Assembly (NCBI GenBank): GCA_965649765.1
Contig: OZ287750.1
Span: 80,910,001 to 80,974,000, forward strand
Length of the DNA stretch: 64,000 bases
Source: Bispira polyomma
Taxonomy: Eukaryota
Direction: 5' to 3'
The notes below the pieces were generated by a model that saw only the letters and a program-made list of their open reading frames with translations, ran no database searches and was not told the DNA's origin. Position 1 is the first letter of the stretch. Each line of letters begins with the position of its first letter. Both the position numbers and the translations under genes were made by a program. Shown piece after piece: positions 1 to 13,170 of this stretch.

Positions 1-149
1 TTATAGTTAATTAAATATTTTGTCAAAAATGATTTTTTTTAGAGGAAGTTGGTAATTATGATCCAATGTTTAACTGATCTATTGGAAAAATAATATGCAT
101 TTTACAATTTCTGAAGACCAAACAACCATTTAGTCTTGGTTGATCTATT

Positions 150-365
150 TGTTACATTTGCGGTTTTTGGATCTATTACATTTGTGGTTATTGCATTTGT
201 GGTTTCTCAATTTGTTATATTTGTGGCTATAACTTTTTTTGAGATTACTACATTTGTTGTCAGACATTGCTACATTTGTGGTTATAGCTACATATGTGGT
301 TGGAAATTGTTACATTTGTGGTTATTGCTACATCTGTAGTTTTTGCTACATTTGTGGTTGCCACA
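150..365. repeat. Degenerate ~18-19 bp tandem repeat (core TACATTTGTGGTT)
   Basis: About 10 imperfect copies of (gt/gc)tacatttgtggtt. The short ORFs at 136-442 are artefacts of this repeat. Confidence 0.8.
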
Positions 366-620
366 AATGCCTAATATACCAATGTTACCCAAGAAATGAT
401 ATCAATATAATAATAATAATAATTGAAATATTTATAAAGTGAAAAATTTATGAGAGAATCCTCTAAGGCGCTGTAAACGTAATTTACAAATGTAGTATCA
501 ATATTTGTACATCCAAACAAGCCAATAAATCTGTGACCGCATGTTTCAAATAAACTCCAGCTGAAATTCAAGTAAAGCCTGTGTGTAATATTCTTGTACA
601 CTTGCACAGGGAAATGACCT

Positions 621-855
621 CAGTCTACAACCAAATATGCCATATGAAGGTTAAGCTGCCAGACTAAGCTGACAAGCAATGATGGAGTGGTGGTGATGAT
701 TGTTGAATAGTAATATAATCATGGAGCAAGACAACAATGATTAACAACTTTGAGAATTTTTATTTTAAAAAATATTTTTAGTACTGTTAACTGTACAAAT
801 ATCTAAGTTGTTAAACTATCATGTTAATACATTTATTTATTACATTAATTTCCCA
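621..855 (-). repeat. Split direct repeat B2 (235 bp), 3' terminus of Ngaro element 1
   Basis: Near-identical to 1474-1708, with only a few substitutions. Confidence 0.95.
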
Positions 856-1206
856 TGTGAATGGTACTAAAACATTTGTAAATTAAAAATTTTTAAAATA
901 AGCTTTTTACTAAAACAGTAAAATGCCACGCTATGTCTATAGGTGAATTTTATATAAAGTTCTTCGTCAGTTCTTGTACGTGAACAATTGGTGATCCACA
1001 GATAATCCTGATCCAGAGATATACATAATTCCTGACACATGTAGACGAGAAACTGTACTTGTTCCAAGTTGACGTAAAGCAATCTAGGGAATATTCCATG
1101 AAATCCAGAGATATGACGTGTAGACGTGCTCCATTCTTGCGTCATGATGTGTACCTCAAAAACAAAGTGCAACAACTGTTAATATCAATGGTTGTGGGAG
1201 GGTGGG

Positions 1207-1708
1207 GAATTTGTAGAAGTTTTCCTCTGGAAGTTCAATCCCACACTGAACTGATATTGTTCAGCACTACCAAAGGAAAACCCCTGACCCCAGTCCACCA
1301 ATCACAAAAGACCACGTTAACATTATACATTGCTATACATGTCTAAACTTTCCTACCAACTGATTTACTCTAAGTCTGCACATGTTTTCAGGCCACACTT
1401 AGCTAATTTAATTATAAGGCCATTTTAAACTAAATATTTGTTTTCTACTGACACGTGGTCATAACCACAAACACAGCCTACAACCAAATATGCCATATGA
1501 AGGTTAAGCTGCCAGACTAAGCTGACAAGCAATGATGGAGTGGTGGTGATGATTGTTGAATAGTAATATAATCATGGAGCAAGACAACAATGATTAACAA
1601 CTTTGGGAATTTATATTTTAAAAAATATTTTTAGTACTGTTAACTGTACAAATATCTAAGTTGTTAAACTATCATGTTAATACATTTATTTATTACATTA
1701 ATTTCCCA
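1207..1708 (-). repeat. Internal B1-A2 junction (A2 1207-1473, B1 1474-1708)
   Basis: A2 matches 6592-6858 (267 bp, ~2 mismatches) and abuts B1 directly. This is the circle-junction template expected for split-direct-repeat elements. Confidence 0.95.
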
Positions 1709-1753
1709 AACCCAATGTAGGGATGTTGATATGTTGTTGAAATGCTTTAGGGA

Positions 1754-2547
1754 TTATGGATGCAGCCAATGGTGTAGACTGGAGACAGTACCAAATTGCA
1801 TCACATCTCCAGCCCCCATGAGCTTTAATGTTTTGCATTTGAACTTTATGATTAAAAGCGAATGACGCTCCGATCGTCTAAAGGCATGAAATCCAAAAGA
1901 TGAGTAAGGTAGTTTAAGTTTATCCAAAATAGTAGCCAGGGTAGAACAAACTTTGCATGCAGTCACTGGAAGAAGAGATGAGCTCCTGGAGATAACAAAC
2001 AGGGGATATTCTTGCTGCAAGCTATGAAACTGTATTAAGGTTTTCAGAGCAGTGACAGGGCAAAGATAAGGGTTACCAATGGCCGGAAGTTGTACAACTT
2101 GAGCTTGATTAGCAGCTTGCATTGCTTTGTGCCATTTGACTAACACATGGACTCCAGGATGTGCAAAAATGAAGTCACCAACAGTGAAGTGCCTTGTCAC
2201 GTCAAAGGCAAACATGGAGTTAGGTACAGTGTTAGATAACCTGAAAAACCCATAGTAGGCCATCAAGAAAATATTTTCTTGTGAGCCAGATGTGCTTGAG
2301 GCAAGTCATACAACTGAGAATAGTATCTAAGAACAGAAAGATAATTTTGCAAGGAACTTGCAGAATTATTTTGAGTTATCAAGTATTCCAAGAACATAAG
2401 GACAGTGTCCAAGGAGTAAGGAGGCACTCTAAAGTATGTAGCAAAAGCTAGAAAAAGTGAAAATTTGCCTTGATATGCTGTGGCCTTTGTGGGACGAAGT
2501 GCATTGTGTACTCTGGTATCAGCCTTGCTGAGCAGCATGTTTCCCAA
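1754..2547 (-). pseudogene. Tyrosine recombinase of Ngaro element 1 (internal deletion and frameshifts)
   Basis: ALRPTKATAY...LEYL...NYLSVL, then YGFFRLSN...KWHK...CPVTAL...FHAFRRS. A segment present in the element-2 YR is missing at ~2263-2266. Confidence 0.9.
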
Positions 2548-2565
2548 GGATGAGCCTACAATAAT

Positions 2566-5362
2566 TTAAATCGTAAAATCTGGTTCAAACAAGTTCTCAT
2601 TAATAGGCCACCACACACTTTGAGCAAGCTGCGATACCAAAGACTGATCTACCTTTGGTGAATACCATCTGGACAAGCAGTCAGCATACTTATTACCTGT
2701 GCCATATATGTGTACATATTCAACTAAGATATCATATTTGGCCGCTATGCTCCAAAGTGTGCGAGCACAGGCAATTAAATATGCATCATGCATTCTTCCA
2801 GAATTCAATGCATGCACCACTGCCATGTTATCGCACCAAACCTGAATTTTATTATGCTGAAATTGTTTAGCCCATACTTGGAATGCTATAACTATGTTCA
2901 AAATTTCCAAATGCACAATAGTTAAACCTTTAACTTTATGCAACGGGTATGCAGCTGCATACACGTTATCATTCCAGATTGCACCCACTCCCGTGAGAGA
3001 CGCGTCCACGTACAAGTCTACTTGTGACTTTTTATGATTAAAAACAACTTTACCATTAAATCCCACCAAAAACTTTGTGAACCAACCCAAGTCGCGAAAA
3101 AACATTTCTTGCAATTCGATTTTCCCTTGTGCAGGGGTACTTTTAAGGGTATGCAACATTGACGAATAGCCTAGCTGGGTGTACGTATTTATGAGCGTAG
3201 ATAAGTCTGCCTATGAGACTGTGTAATTGTTTTCTAGTTGCATGCGTCCTAGTTTCCCATTCTTTACATATGGCTTGCATTTATGCAAGTTTTGCAGGAG
3301 GAATAGAAATAATACCTGTAGAAATATTAATATCTATACCCATACATACTAGGCTAGTTGCAAGTGAATCTAGCTTATCTGGATTAATAGGAAGGCCAAG
3401 ATATCGAAATAAAGCTGTTAAAGTATTAAACGCTTGCGTTGCATCAGCAGAAGGCTGTACGCCTATTACGTCATCGATGTAGTTCCAAACAGTGTACCCT
3501 CGTGACGTCATGATGTCACGCACCACGTCCGTTACGCGCTGGCATAAGGCACTTCCCGTCTTAAGACTAAACGCAATACTAAGATCAATGTACGTATGAC
3601 CTCGGTGGGTGACGCCCATGACGTCATAGTCTTGAGGATCCAGTCTCAAATTTCTGAAAGCTCGACTTATATCTGCCTTATACAGAAGTACATCCGACCC
3701 CATATGTGCTATTTTATTAACTATGTCATCCACTGTTGGATACTTAAGTAAATAATCTTGCTGATCATAAGTACAATCTGCAATTGCTGAATTGACAGAG
3801 ATGCCCTTTGGCCAGCTTAAGTCCACTATTATGCGTCGTGACGCATTAGGTTTGGGTCTAGATAGCATAGGAGATATATGCAATTTTTTAATAACTGTAC
3901 TATCACAAGGACCTATAATGGCTTTATGTTTTCGTTCTTTTTCCAAGTAAATATCCACATCTAAAGGAAATTGTTTGGCTGAAGTATGATTATCAGCATG
4001 CACATTATATGTGAAATTATGCTTATCAATGCCTAAGGGAAACCCAAACTGAAGATACTGTGTGAGTACAAAATCAGGATGATTTTTCATAAGTGTCTTC
4101 CAGTTGGTTATGTTTAAATCTGAAGGTACCTCAATGCGAGCTTTCATGTAATTAGGGACACCTGTACCCACAACCAAGTCATGTGCCATGTGCACCCATT
4201 GATGAAGTGTATCTGCTTCAATGTTGTTAATATCATTAAAGGAAAAACTCTAGGAATGAAGTCAGCTATGAAGCCCACTTCCCTATGAAGTATTTGTTCC
4301 CTGTGATTATCAAACAAACTTGAATTAAATTGAACTGGTGTTCCATTTATACTAACAGAGAAGTGTGAACAAGTGTGAGTAGTATTCAGGTATTCTGGTA
4401 CACTATTATGTGCAGAGACACCAACACCCACTGAGGTGTGAACTGTTTTGTAAGGCTGAGACCTTTGTGTGTGTCTGGTAATGCCGCCATGTGTTGACCC
4501 AGATAATTTGTCGTCTGGGCTAGAAGTGGGACAAAGTACCGAGTTGGTGCACGTGGAAGTGCCACACGAGTTGTGTGTGCTAATAAAACAGCTGATTTGT
4601 GACTGGTCGCGTACTTGTGTGTATGTATCACATGAACCATGTGTACTATTATCGTTTACCGAACTAAAAGTGCTGTCATGCAAAAATTTTGCACTAGAAC
4701 ATTCCAAGTCCGATACAGGAGCCACATAACCACATGTGCCACTCAAACCAGTAAGATTATACATGTCGTGATATTGTGTTTGAAGCTCAGTATTTTGGGA
4801 CTTGTTCAAACTAAAATCACAATCTTTAAAAAGACAGTTAAAATCACTTTTGTACGTTCTTAACTACATAGTGTGAGATCTGATTATCAGCTCGCGCAAT
4901 ATTAGACCTGTGGTCGCTCATGCACACCTGACTGTTAACTTTACTGCAAACCTCGTTCACACCTCTAATGCCCGTGTCACACTGGGCCCCTTTGTCCATC
5001 CCCTTTTTACATTGGTCACGACTGTAGGTCAGTGAAAATACATTTGTGCCATTGTTTGTGGCAATACTGCCATTCAAACACACAGCCTGACTACCAACTT
5101 TCAATTTGATAGCAGTATTAATATGGGAAAATTCATTACTGTTTTGACAACTATTTGCACTATAACTAGCCATAAAGTTGGCACTTGAATTATTACTTTT
5201 TATAGGTGAAAGGCTATGAAGCCAGTCACCCCTTTTACATGCAATTTGATTCAAATCTAGCTGTTTAACAATATTAAAATTGTACTTTCTATTAATAAAT
5301 CTAACATTTGTTTTACTTCTGACTTTACATGCTAAGTCCGAGGTGTTTCTTTCTTTTCCCCG
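2566..5362 (-). pseudogene. Pol (N-terminal extension, reverse transcriptase, RNase H) of Ngaro element 1; frameshifted
   Basis: RRIIVDLSWP, KADISRAFRNL, YIDDVIG (RT); VDASLTGVGA, LEILN, WCDNMAVV, ADCLSR (RNase H). Split over ORFs 4844-5254, 4144-4809, 3281-4195 and 2566-3159. Confidence 0.92.
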
Positions 5363-6463
5363 TTTTTTGCAAACTTATTACATTCAAACTGCCTGTGGGA
5401 AAAGAACTTTTTGGATAGACTAAAGCAATATGCACACAAATGCTTGGCCCAATTGCTATCTTCAGGATGGTCAGCCTGATATGTACAAGTATTGTTGTTA
5501 AATTTTGAACAAATCACCTCTTTTTGTTTATTCTGCGAGCTATATTTTCCCCACTGTTTATTGCCATTACTTTGTAGCGTACGTTGAGTACATCTCATTC
5601 TAATGTTGTCTATGGACTCAAACTCGTCCCACCTGCATTTACCCCTTTCCATGGTTTGGAGAACTACACTATGTGCCCGTTTAACCGTGGCCCAGTTTGT
5701 CTCAATAGCATCCTGCATAAGCAGTTTGAGATACTCTAGCATATTATCTCTACAGGTCTGAGTTTTCTCTTCTTGCATACAAGAAACGTACCATACTATA
5801 AATTGAAAAGGACTTAACTCCTCGTATTGTGGGTTTTTACCATTTAAACCAGAATAACAATACTCATGGGGCCAGGGAACCTCAAGCTTACGTTTGGACT
5901 CATTCACACGAAATAAACTAGATTTTGTACCTGTGTCCTGTTTTTTCCCTTGAAGACCAAGCAACTTTTGCTGCACCTGAGCTTGCACAAAGTCATCTTC
6001 TCGTAGAAACTGGGCGTCCGGTAATATGCCATCATCCTCCTCGACCATGTGTGAGTGAGCAAAAGTCTTTCTAGCATGTCTGTCTCTACAACCATGTGTA
6101 CACTGATGTTTTTGCTTTGGAGAACTATGTGACATTCCCAGACTGTTCAAATGGAGCACTATCTAGTTTATTTTCAATACGTCTATTATTTTCTTCCAAG
6201 GCCTGTATCTTAGCCAAAATTACCGCCAACGGGTCGTCCCGAGTACCACGTGATGAAGGTGGATCCACTCCCCCAACAGCCCCTGCCGCGGAGTCGTCGC
6301 TGGGCTGGTCCTCACGCTCTCCTAGTGGAGCTGATATGTTGAGCCAAAACTTCAGTCCCACGGGTCTTGTGTGCTTAGATTCCTTTCCCAGTAGGTCACA
6401 TCGATGGCAGAAAAACGTGGCCATCCTACACGTGCAAATCTTCTTCCTCCAACAGCAGAACAT
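5332..6463 (-). pseudogene. Gag-like ORF1 of Ngaro element 1 (one frameshift near 6140)
   Basis: N-terminal CHRC...HTRPVG motif, WPHEY, WATVKRAHSVVL and a C-terminal Cys/His cluster. Homologous to 38315-39351. Confidence 0.85.
5362..5368 (-). promoter_or_regulatory. Predicted -1 ribosomal frameshift heptamer A_AAA_AAC (gag to pol), element 1
   Basis: Gag reads gca aaa aac ggg. The -1 frame is open for 36 codons and runs in frame into ORF 4844-5254. Confidence 0.7.
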
Positions 6464-6591
6464 GGCTTGTTAAATATCAAGCGAAGTTGACTAAAATTTT
6501 ACTAAAATTAAACTTATAAAATCTTTTCCACTTGATATTTTAAAGTTATTTCAAGGAGCGTTTATGCCCAACAAGCCGCGCCCTGCTGTTA

Positions 6592-6858
6592 GAATTTGTA
6601 GAAGTTTTCCTCTGGAAGTTCAATCCCACACTGAACTGATATTGTTCAGCACTACCCAAGGAAAACCTCTGACCCCAGTCCACCAATCACAAAAGACCAC
6701 GTTAACATTATACATTGCTATACATGTCTAAACTTTCCTACCAACTGATTTACTCTAAGTCTGCACATGTTTTCAGGCCACACTTAGCTAATTTAATTAT
6801 AAGGCCATTTTAAACTAAATATTTGTTTTCTACTGACACGTGGTCATAACCACAAACA
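6592..6858 (-). repeat. Split direct repeat A1 (267 bp), 5' terminus of Ngaro element 1
   Basis: Matches 1207-1473. Confidence 0.95.
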
Positions 6859-7012
6859 ATACATGTGACCATTCATTTTAATTGACCACTGAATTAAAAT
6901 ATCCAGTCACATTTGTCAGATTGAGAGATCTTCAAATAGAGGTTCGAGTCTTTTGAGATTTCGTCCAATTCGCCTCTCTAATTGATACATTCTATACTAA
7001 AGGGAGCTTTAT

Positions 7013-8460
7013 TTTATAATAATAATAATGAGATCTTGTAGAGCGCAATTCTATTTACAATGTGAAAATCAACACATGCTAGGCATCTTCTAAAGCGCAA
7101 CAGCAGAATCATTGGTCTAGTTATTAAGTCCATGGACATTGCAGGGTCGTAAGGAAGAAAGTGAGAGCTTGCACTAGGGAAGCTAAGGTGGGTAGGCAAG
7201 ATTAAAAAGATAGGTTTTAAGCTTTTTCCTAAAACCGATAAGTGTCTCAACTGATCTGAGGTCGACTGGGAGACTGTTCCATAACCGTGGAGTTGCAGTG
7301 GAGAAGGCTCTGAATCCTGCCTTTCTGATTGGTCTGATCGAAGTGACAGAGAGTCTGTTGCCTCTTTTGGGGTTACTGAACGAAAGAAGGGAGGCAAGGT
7401 AGAGGGGCTGTTGAGTGACTAAAGCCTTAAAAGTGGTAATGTGAATCTTAAACATAATTCGAGATTAAATGGGCAGCCAGTGTGAGCTTTTTAATGTGTG
7501 ACTTGTTTGCTCCATACAAAAGAAAATTGCAGTAGTCGAGGCGGCTACTCACAAGGGCATTTGCCACAGTTATCGCTGTGTCCATGGATAAGTGGTTTCT
7601 GATTCTTTTGATGTCGCATATGTGGTAATAGCAGGAGCATCAGATGTTGGAAATATGAGTATCAAATGAAAAAGCTGAATCGAAAGTGATACCCAGGTTT
7701 TTAGCATTTTCGGAAGGTAGTATGTCTTTTCCCAGCAGGGAGATGAGAAACAAAAATTTTAGGAGTTCACTCTTTTTCTTGTTTCCTATGAGGATAAATT
7801 CAGTTTTGTCTGGGTTAAGTTTTAGTTTGGAATAGTTCATCCACGCCTGGTCATCAGACAGACAGTCTGCAAGTAGGTCTATGTTAGTATTTGCATTTTG
7901 TGGATTGAGAGAGAGATAGACTTGAGTGTCATTTGCATACATGTGGTGTTTTATACTGTGTCTATTGATGACAGTGCTGAGAGGATGTGTATAAAGGGTG
8001 AAAAGTAGAGGGCCAAGGACGGATCCCTGGGGTACTCCATGTGGTAGCTTTATGGAAGATGATAGGTGATCATCTAGTTTAATTTTTTTGTGCCCTAAGA
8101 ATAAGGTAGGATCTGATCCATTTAAGGACACTGCCATTTATACCGAACCACTGCTTGAGAGTATCGCAGAGCAGGACATGATTAATAGTGTCGAATGCAG
8201 CTGAGAGATCCAGAAGGGTAAGGGCCACTTTCTGTAGAGTGGAATTTTCTATAAGCAGACTGGTGACGATTTTCAATGTTTTGTTTATTAAGGTGGTCAG
8301 AAATTTCTTGAGCTACAGCTTTCTCGGTAACTGTTGAGACGAAGCTGAGGTTTGACACCGGTCTGTATGTAGTTTTTCAGCTTGTTTTTATCAAGCCCTT
8401 GTTTTTTAATCAAGGGAGTTACATTTGCCGTATTTCTGGGTAAACAGACTGGTAGATTTT
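7013..8460 (-). mobile_element. 5'-truncated L2/CR1-group LINE (RT and 3' end), degenerate
   Basis: [66 protein letters not shown]. Has an L2-type 3' UTR (gcgcttt...gcgctct) and a (TTA)n tail at ~7013-7030. Confidence 0.9.
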
Positions 8461-9610
8461 TTGAAGGGGTTTTTACATAAATATATACAATTGTGCGACA
8501 CATTGAACTGTTGTTAAATATTTTTTAATTCACATGATACTGTGTATTATTTCTGCCTCTTAAAACAGTGTGTTGTTAACATATCTGATATAGAGTTTTG
8601 CAAACTATAGGTATCCTTTGAATTTGATTTTTAAAATGATTGAATTAATTTTAATTAGTTTTTGTATCTTGGTTCAAGAACAATCAATAAGTTATTTTTA
8701 CATCGCATGAAATATACATGACTGTGTTACAGATGACTTGATATTCATAAGGAAACAACCTTTGGCTAAGCCACAAAATGGATTTAAAATTAAAATAAAC
8801 TACCATAATAATTACGGTGTCTGATTTCGTGTCTTACAACAGATGTCTAAAAAATGTCCCAACATTGTTTTCATGATAATTTTGGCATCTGGAAGACAAA
8901 ATGTCAGGTTTACCATGTTGACAATTTAACCCTAGTTTTCCAGCTGAAGTTCACACTGTTTTTTATCATAAGGTAAATATTTGACATCTATCTGACAATT
9001 CATCCTGCAATTTTTCCAGCTGCCATATGGATTCCAGTTTTCATTACAACAAGCATATTATGTGATAACCATAGTTCTCTGTGCAATATTTCTAAAACGC
9101 TGTTTCTAATGTAAAATTTTGGTGTCCAGATTTAATTTTCAGGTGATACCAAAGATGAAATACCATGATATCCTGATACATTCCATTTCAGAAAACTGTT
9201 CTGCATGAATCTATCCAATTATTATTTGTGTTTTTGTTTGTGTCTACATCAACTGAACTTTATCATCTGGATTGACAACTAATAAAGTTCTAGTATTATA
9301 ATTCATAAAGAGTAGAGATCCAAGAAGTGTTTTGCTTGCTGTGAAGTTGTAACCATATATAGAATTGCCAGGGCAATTATAGTACAAACATTGAAATTAC
9401 AAAACACTATCATGTTGAGTTTATCTGGAGGCTAGATGTACCAACAGTTATAATGCATTATTTATTATTACCGCAGTTATTGTATTGACTAGGTAGGCTT
9501 GTAAGTTGTAAATGACCAGCAATAGTAATTCATCCAATTTATTGTATTTGTCTCCATTAGTTGAAACACTCACAATACCTTAATCTTTACCTGCCTTATC
9601 TGTGTTTCAT

Positions 9611-10828
9611 TCAATTCCTGAACCTTCCCAAGAAGATAATAAATATATCTTGCATAGTCTGAAAACATGGCACAATTAAAAAACATATGCTTAATATGAC
9701 AACATATAATGTCAGTAAAATACCAAAACAAATCCTCTCCATTCTTTTACTGACTGATTTCCAAGATTTCCTTCTCAAATCTGATGAATTTGCAAAACTA
9801 TTGCCTTGTAATTCTTCTGAGGGCTTTTCTCTACCATTTTCAAAAACATTGTCAATAATATGTTTAGTAGTAACATCAAAAAATAGCAACGCCATCCGCC
9901 ATCTTGGTGGTTGTTTTGGTCTGTTTTCATGGAAACAATACAAACCAGAACAGATTCAGCAATGCTGAGTGATGTCATGGTGATTAAGCAATAGATATAG
10001 ATTACAATGATGGGAACATTCCCAGAACTTTCTGGAATAATTTCGTTTACCATGAGGATGAATATAAAATTTGCAACCAAACGTGAAAGGCCCATGGAAA
10101 TCTTTTCTCCTGACTCAGATGGAAAATGAGGACTGAAGGATACTGATACTGATTATAGAGTAGAGCGGCTTGTAATACACAGGTGTATTCTGGATAGAAA
10201 ACTAATCCGATTGTAAATTGTTTCCTGACTAAGGAGTCATTGACCAAGTCCCATTGATATTTTTTTCAGCAAAACTATAGGATTGTTTTACTCGCTGTCA
10301 GATTTGTTGTCAGATTTACTGATTCTCCCGAATGACCCTAAATCTGAAACCAAAATCCGCATATTTGTTTATTGAATGGGAAATATTGCATATTTATCCT
10401 ACAGTCAGCTTTAAATATATCTGCTACTGGCCAGAAGATTTCGCCATTCTGATATATATCAACAATCTGATTTCACTGATGTCTCACCTGCAAAATTACC
10501 AGTAACGATAAAAGGAGTCCATACATGTTTAGCTGGGATGCTTAAAACTCTTTGACCTCCATATTGTGATGCATCCCAAGATAGATAAAGATCAATCCAA
10601 GAGGCTGCATAAGAACCAGCTACTACTAAAACTTGATTTCTGGTATTTAACTGCAATAGTTTTGTCATCTTAAAATGTAAGGCTATCTATACACCGTTGT
10701 TGGCTTGAACACGGGATGAATGACTGGACCATAATCATTTAATAATGAATTCTCCAGTCTTCTTTCTTTAGGGAAAAATGTAGCAGCATTTAAAATTATC
10801 AAAAGTATGGAGCTGTAAGTGAGTACAT
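9611..10828 (-). pseudogene. Intronless nAChR-like Cys-loop receptor pseudogene
   Basis: Fragments in several frames: ERRLENSLLNDY, SWIDLYLSWDASQYGG, HVWTP, FYPEY, GEKISMG..LVA, IPESSGNVPII, WKSVSKRMERICF. Multiple frameshifts and stops; no introns. Confidence 0.85.
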
Positions 10829-12479
10829 ATTCAATAGCTACTTTATAATTACATTAAACTGGTTCTTCCAAAATAAGACCTGTGTCTGATAAAAAAAACC
10901 ATGAAGAATAAAGCTTTAATGAGAAAACCACTGCTTAATGTGTAGGTAAATTTTATAAAAAAATCCTAGTCGACACCATGACATTAGCTTCATTGTATTT
11001 GTTCACTAGCACAGAACTCCTTAGGCTATATACCCAATAAAGAATTGCTCCCAAAAGTAGTTTAAGTGGAGATTATTTCCTGCCTTAAATTTGTAATGCA
11101 ATGTGAATTTAAATGAAAATGATAATAAATTTACCAAAACAATTAAGAATAAATAAATACAAATCTTATCATGAAATAAAAATGGATTCTAATAAAAGAC
11201 AAAAGACAAAAAACAAGCTTAGAATCACACTCCTTTAAATAAATGCTATTTATATCTAGTGTGAACCATGCTTTTTATCATGGCAACAAACAAAAATTAC
11301 CATCTAATTCCATTGTGTATTTAAAATGTTTTATTGTGACCACTTATAACTATAATTACTGATTGTATCTGTAATATTATTGTGTTTTTATTCATCAAAG
11401 GTATGATAAAAAGTTTTAAATATTACTTTGTATCATAATATTTTACTTAATATGAATCTAGAAAACCTGACAAGAAGGAGGGACAAGATAAACAATGCAC
11501 AAGTAAATTACAAAATAGATATGTTGTTTGTACACAGTGGATGGTATCTGGATAGACTGGTCAGTGTGGAGTGACTGCAGTGTCACCTGTGGAAGTGGAT
11601 CTCTCTCCAGGAACAGGATTTGTGTTGGACCATTCCAAGGGGGCCTGGAGTGTACAGGATCGGGATAGAACTGCAAAACTGCAGCATCCAGTGTTCAGGT
11701 AAGGAGTCTTAATTTTTTTCCATATATTCTATTTCATAAAACATAGCTCAATAGACAAGTACAGTAATTATTACAATTAAAAACAATTTGTAATTAGACT
11801 CCACCTGTCAATTCAAAAACAAACTGTAGACAAAATGAATGTTACACAGTGTCAACACTTGTGTGTGTGTTTTTTAGTCCACTGTGTCACCACTGTGTCA
11901 TGCCAACTTTGTAAATGTATTATCCAATTATCATATATGTCAATAAATGAACATTACTACATTGTACATCAACATTACACACACATAATAATCTATATAA
12001 TAATCGTCCTGAAAAACTATTCAAATGGTTTTTCTATTCATATAAATCCCTAAAATAAATCTCTAAATAAATTTAGATAAGTAAAACATAAGCAACACCA
12101 CCTTAATAATTAATCTACAAGGATATTTATCTGTTAATGATCTTGTATATACATGTATCGGGAGGTTTTGAATTAGTACCATGTTTTAAATTGAATTTGC
12201 CATTTTCCAATTGCACAAATTTGCCAATGTACTTTGTTTGAATGCAAAGATTAAGTGCAACAAAAGTTTGAGATCTTCTGTAATATGACGACACAAGTGA
12301 GTGTTTTTATATATTTAAAATATGGACCAAGTAAAACTTACAGCTACATATGTGTATTATATGCCAAAAAATTATATACACTGGAAATTCAATTATTTGA
12401 ATAGATGTATTACATTTTGTTTCTCTCTCCCAATTCATATTTTTTTGTTGTTTTAGACTAAAATACCTCCTTTAGATCT

Positions 12480-12880
12480 GGGCCTATATTCACTGACAGA
12501 CTTTAACAAGTCTTGGGCTTAAATCTAGTATACTTTGTGCTAGATTTAAGCCTGAGAATTAGCTTCAGGGGCGAATTTTGTGTCTGAATCCCCCATCCGA
12601 TGTCGGTTTCCGTCATTTGAAAAACTAAAATATAATAAAATAGAGAAGTAAAATACACCTGGCCGACAGCACCTCCAAATTGAGAGCCGAATTTTCAAAA
12701 TGAGGCTGGGAAAGTTTTTATTAATTAAACAGTATTGTATACTAGAAAAAAACTACCAATTTTTTGGATGTAGTGTATCTGCAAATTCGGACATCGCATG
12801 ACGGAAACGGATGTCGGATGACAGATTTGGACGCAAAATCGGCTAGGTATATACACCCCTCAAGTCTGTTAGTGAATATG
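12480..12880. mobile_element. Palindromic MITE (gggcctatattcactgacagactt...aagtctgttagtgaatat) hosting a nested MITE
   Basis: Terminal inverted arms plus an internal palindrome gcttaaatctag...ctagatttaagc. A related terminus ggggccgtattcacaaa occurs at ~12973. Confidence 0.6.
12568..12859. mobile_element. PIF/Harbinger-like MITE with TCA target-site duplication
   Basis: TCA-GGGG...CCCC-TCA termini and ~50 bp imperfect TIRs (catccgatgtcggtttccgtcat / atgacggaaacggatgtcggatg). Confidence 0.75.
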
Positions 12881-12972
12881 TGATGGTATTAACAAAAGGA
12901 CTAAACCATAACTTTGTCTTAGATCAAGTATACTTTTGTGCTAGATTTAGGACAATGTCTAGACTTAGCCAT

Positions 12973-13170
12973 GGGGCCGTATTCACAAAAGGTTTCAGAC
13001 TTAACCAAAAATTAGGCTAAGTCAAGTCTTAAATGTAACACTTTTGTCTTAGCTAAGTTTAAGGCCTAATGGTATGTTAAAACAGACTTAACCAAAACTT
13101 AGACTAAGTCAAGTCTTTAATATAACACTTTTGTCTTTGCTAAGTTTAAGGCCTAATGGTATGTTAAAAC
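12973..13170. repeat. MITE fragment with two ~88-bp tandem units
   Basis: agacttaaccaaaa...gcctaatggtatgttaaaac occurs twice after a ggggccgtattcacaaa terminus. Confidence 0.65.

Larger units (their letters stand above)
621..6858 (-). mobile_element. Ngaro-type (DIRS order) tyrosine-recombinase retrotransposon with split direct repeats A1-gag-pol-YR-B1-A2-spacer-B2; degenerate copy
   Basis: Minus-strand gag, RT (YIDD), RNase H (YVDASLTGVGA) and YR (FFRLSN...FHAFRRS), with no methyltransferase domain. A repeats lie at 6592-6858 and 1207-1473; B repeats at 1474-1708 and 621-855. Confidence 0.92.

Noticed and set aside
136-442. Hydrophobic and Cys-rich short ORFs
   Set aside because: Translations of a degenerate tandem repeat.
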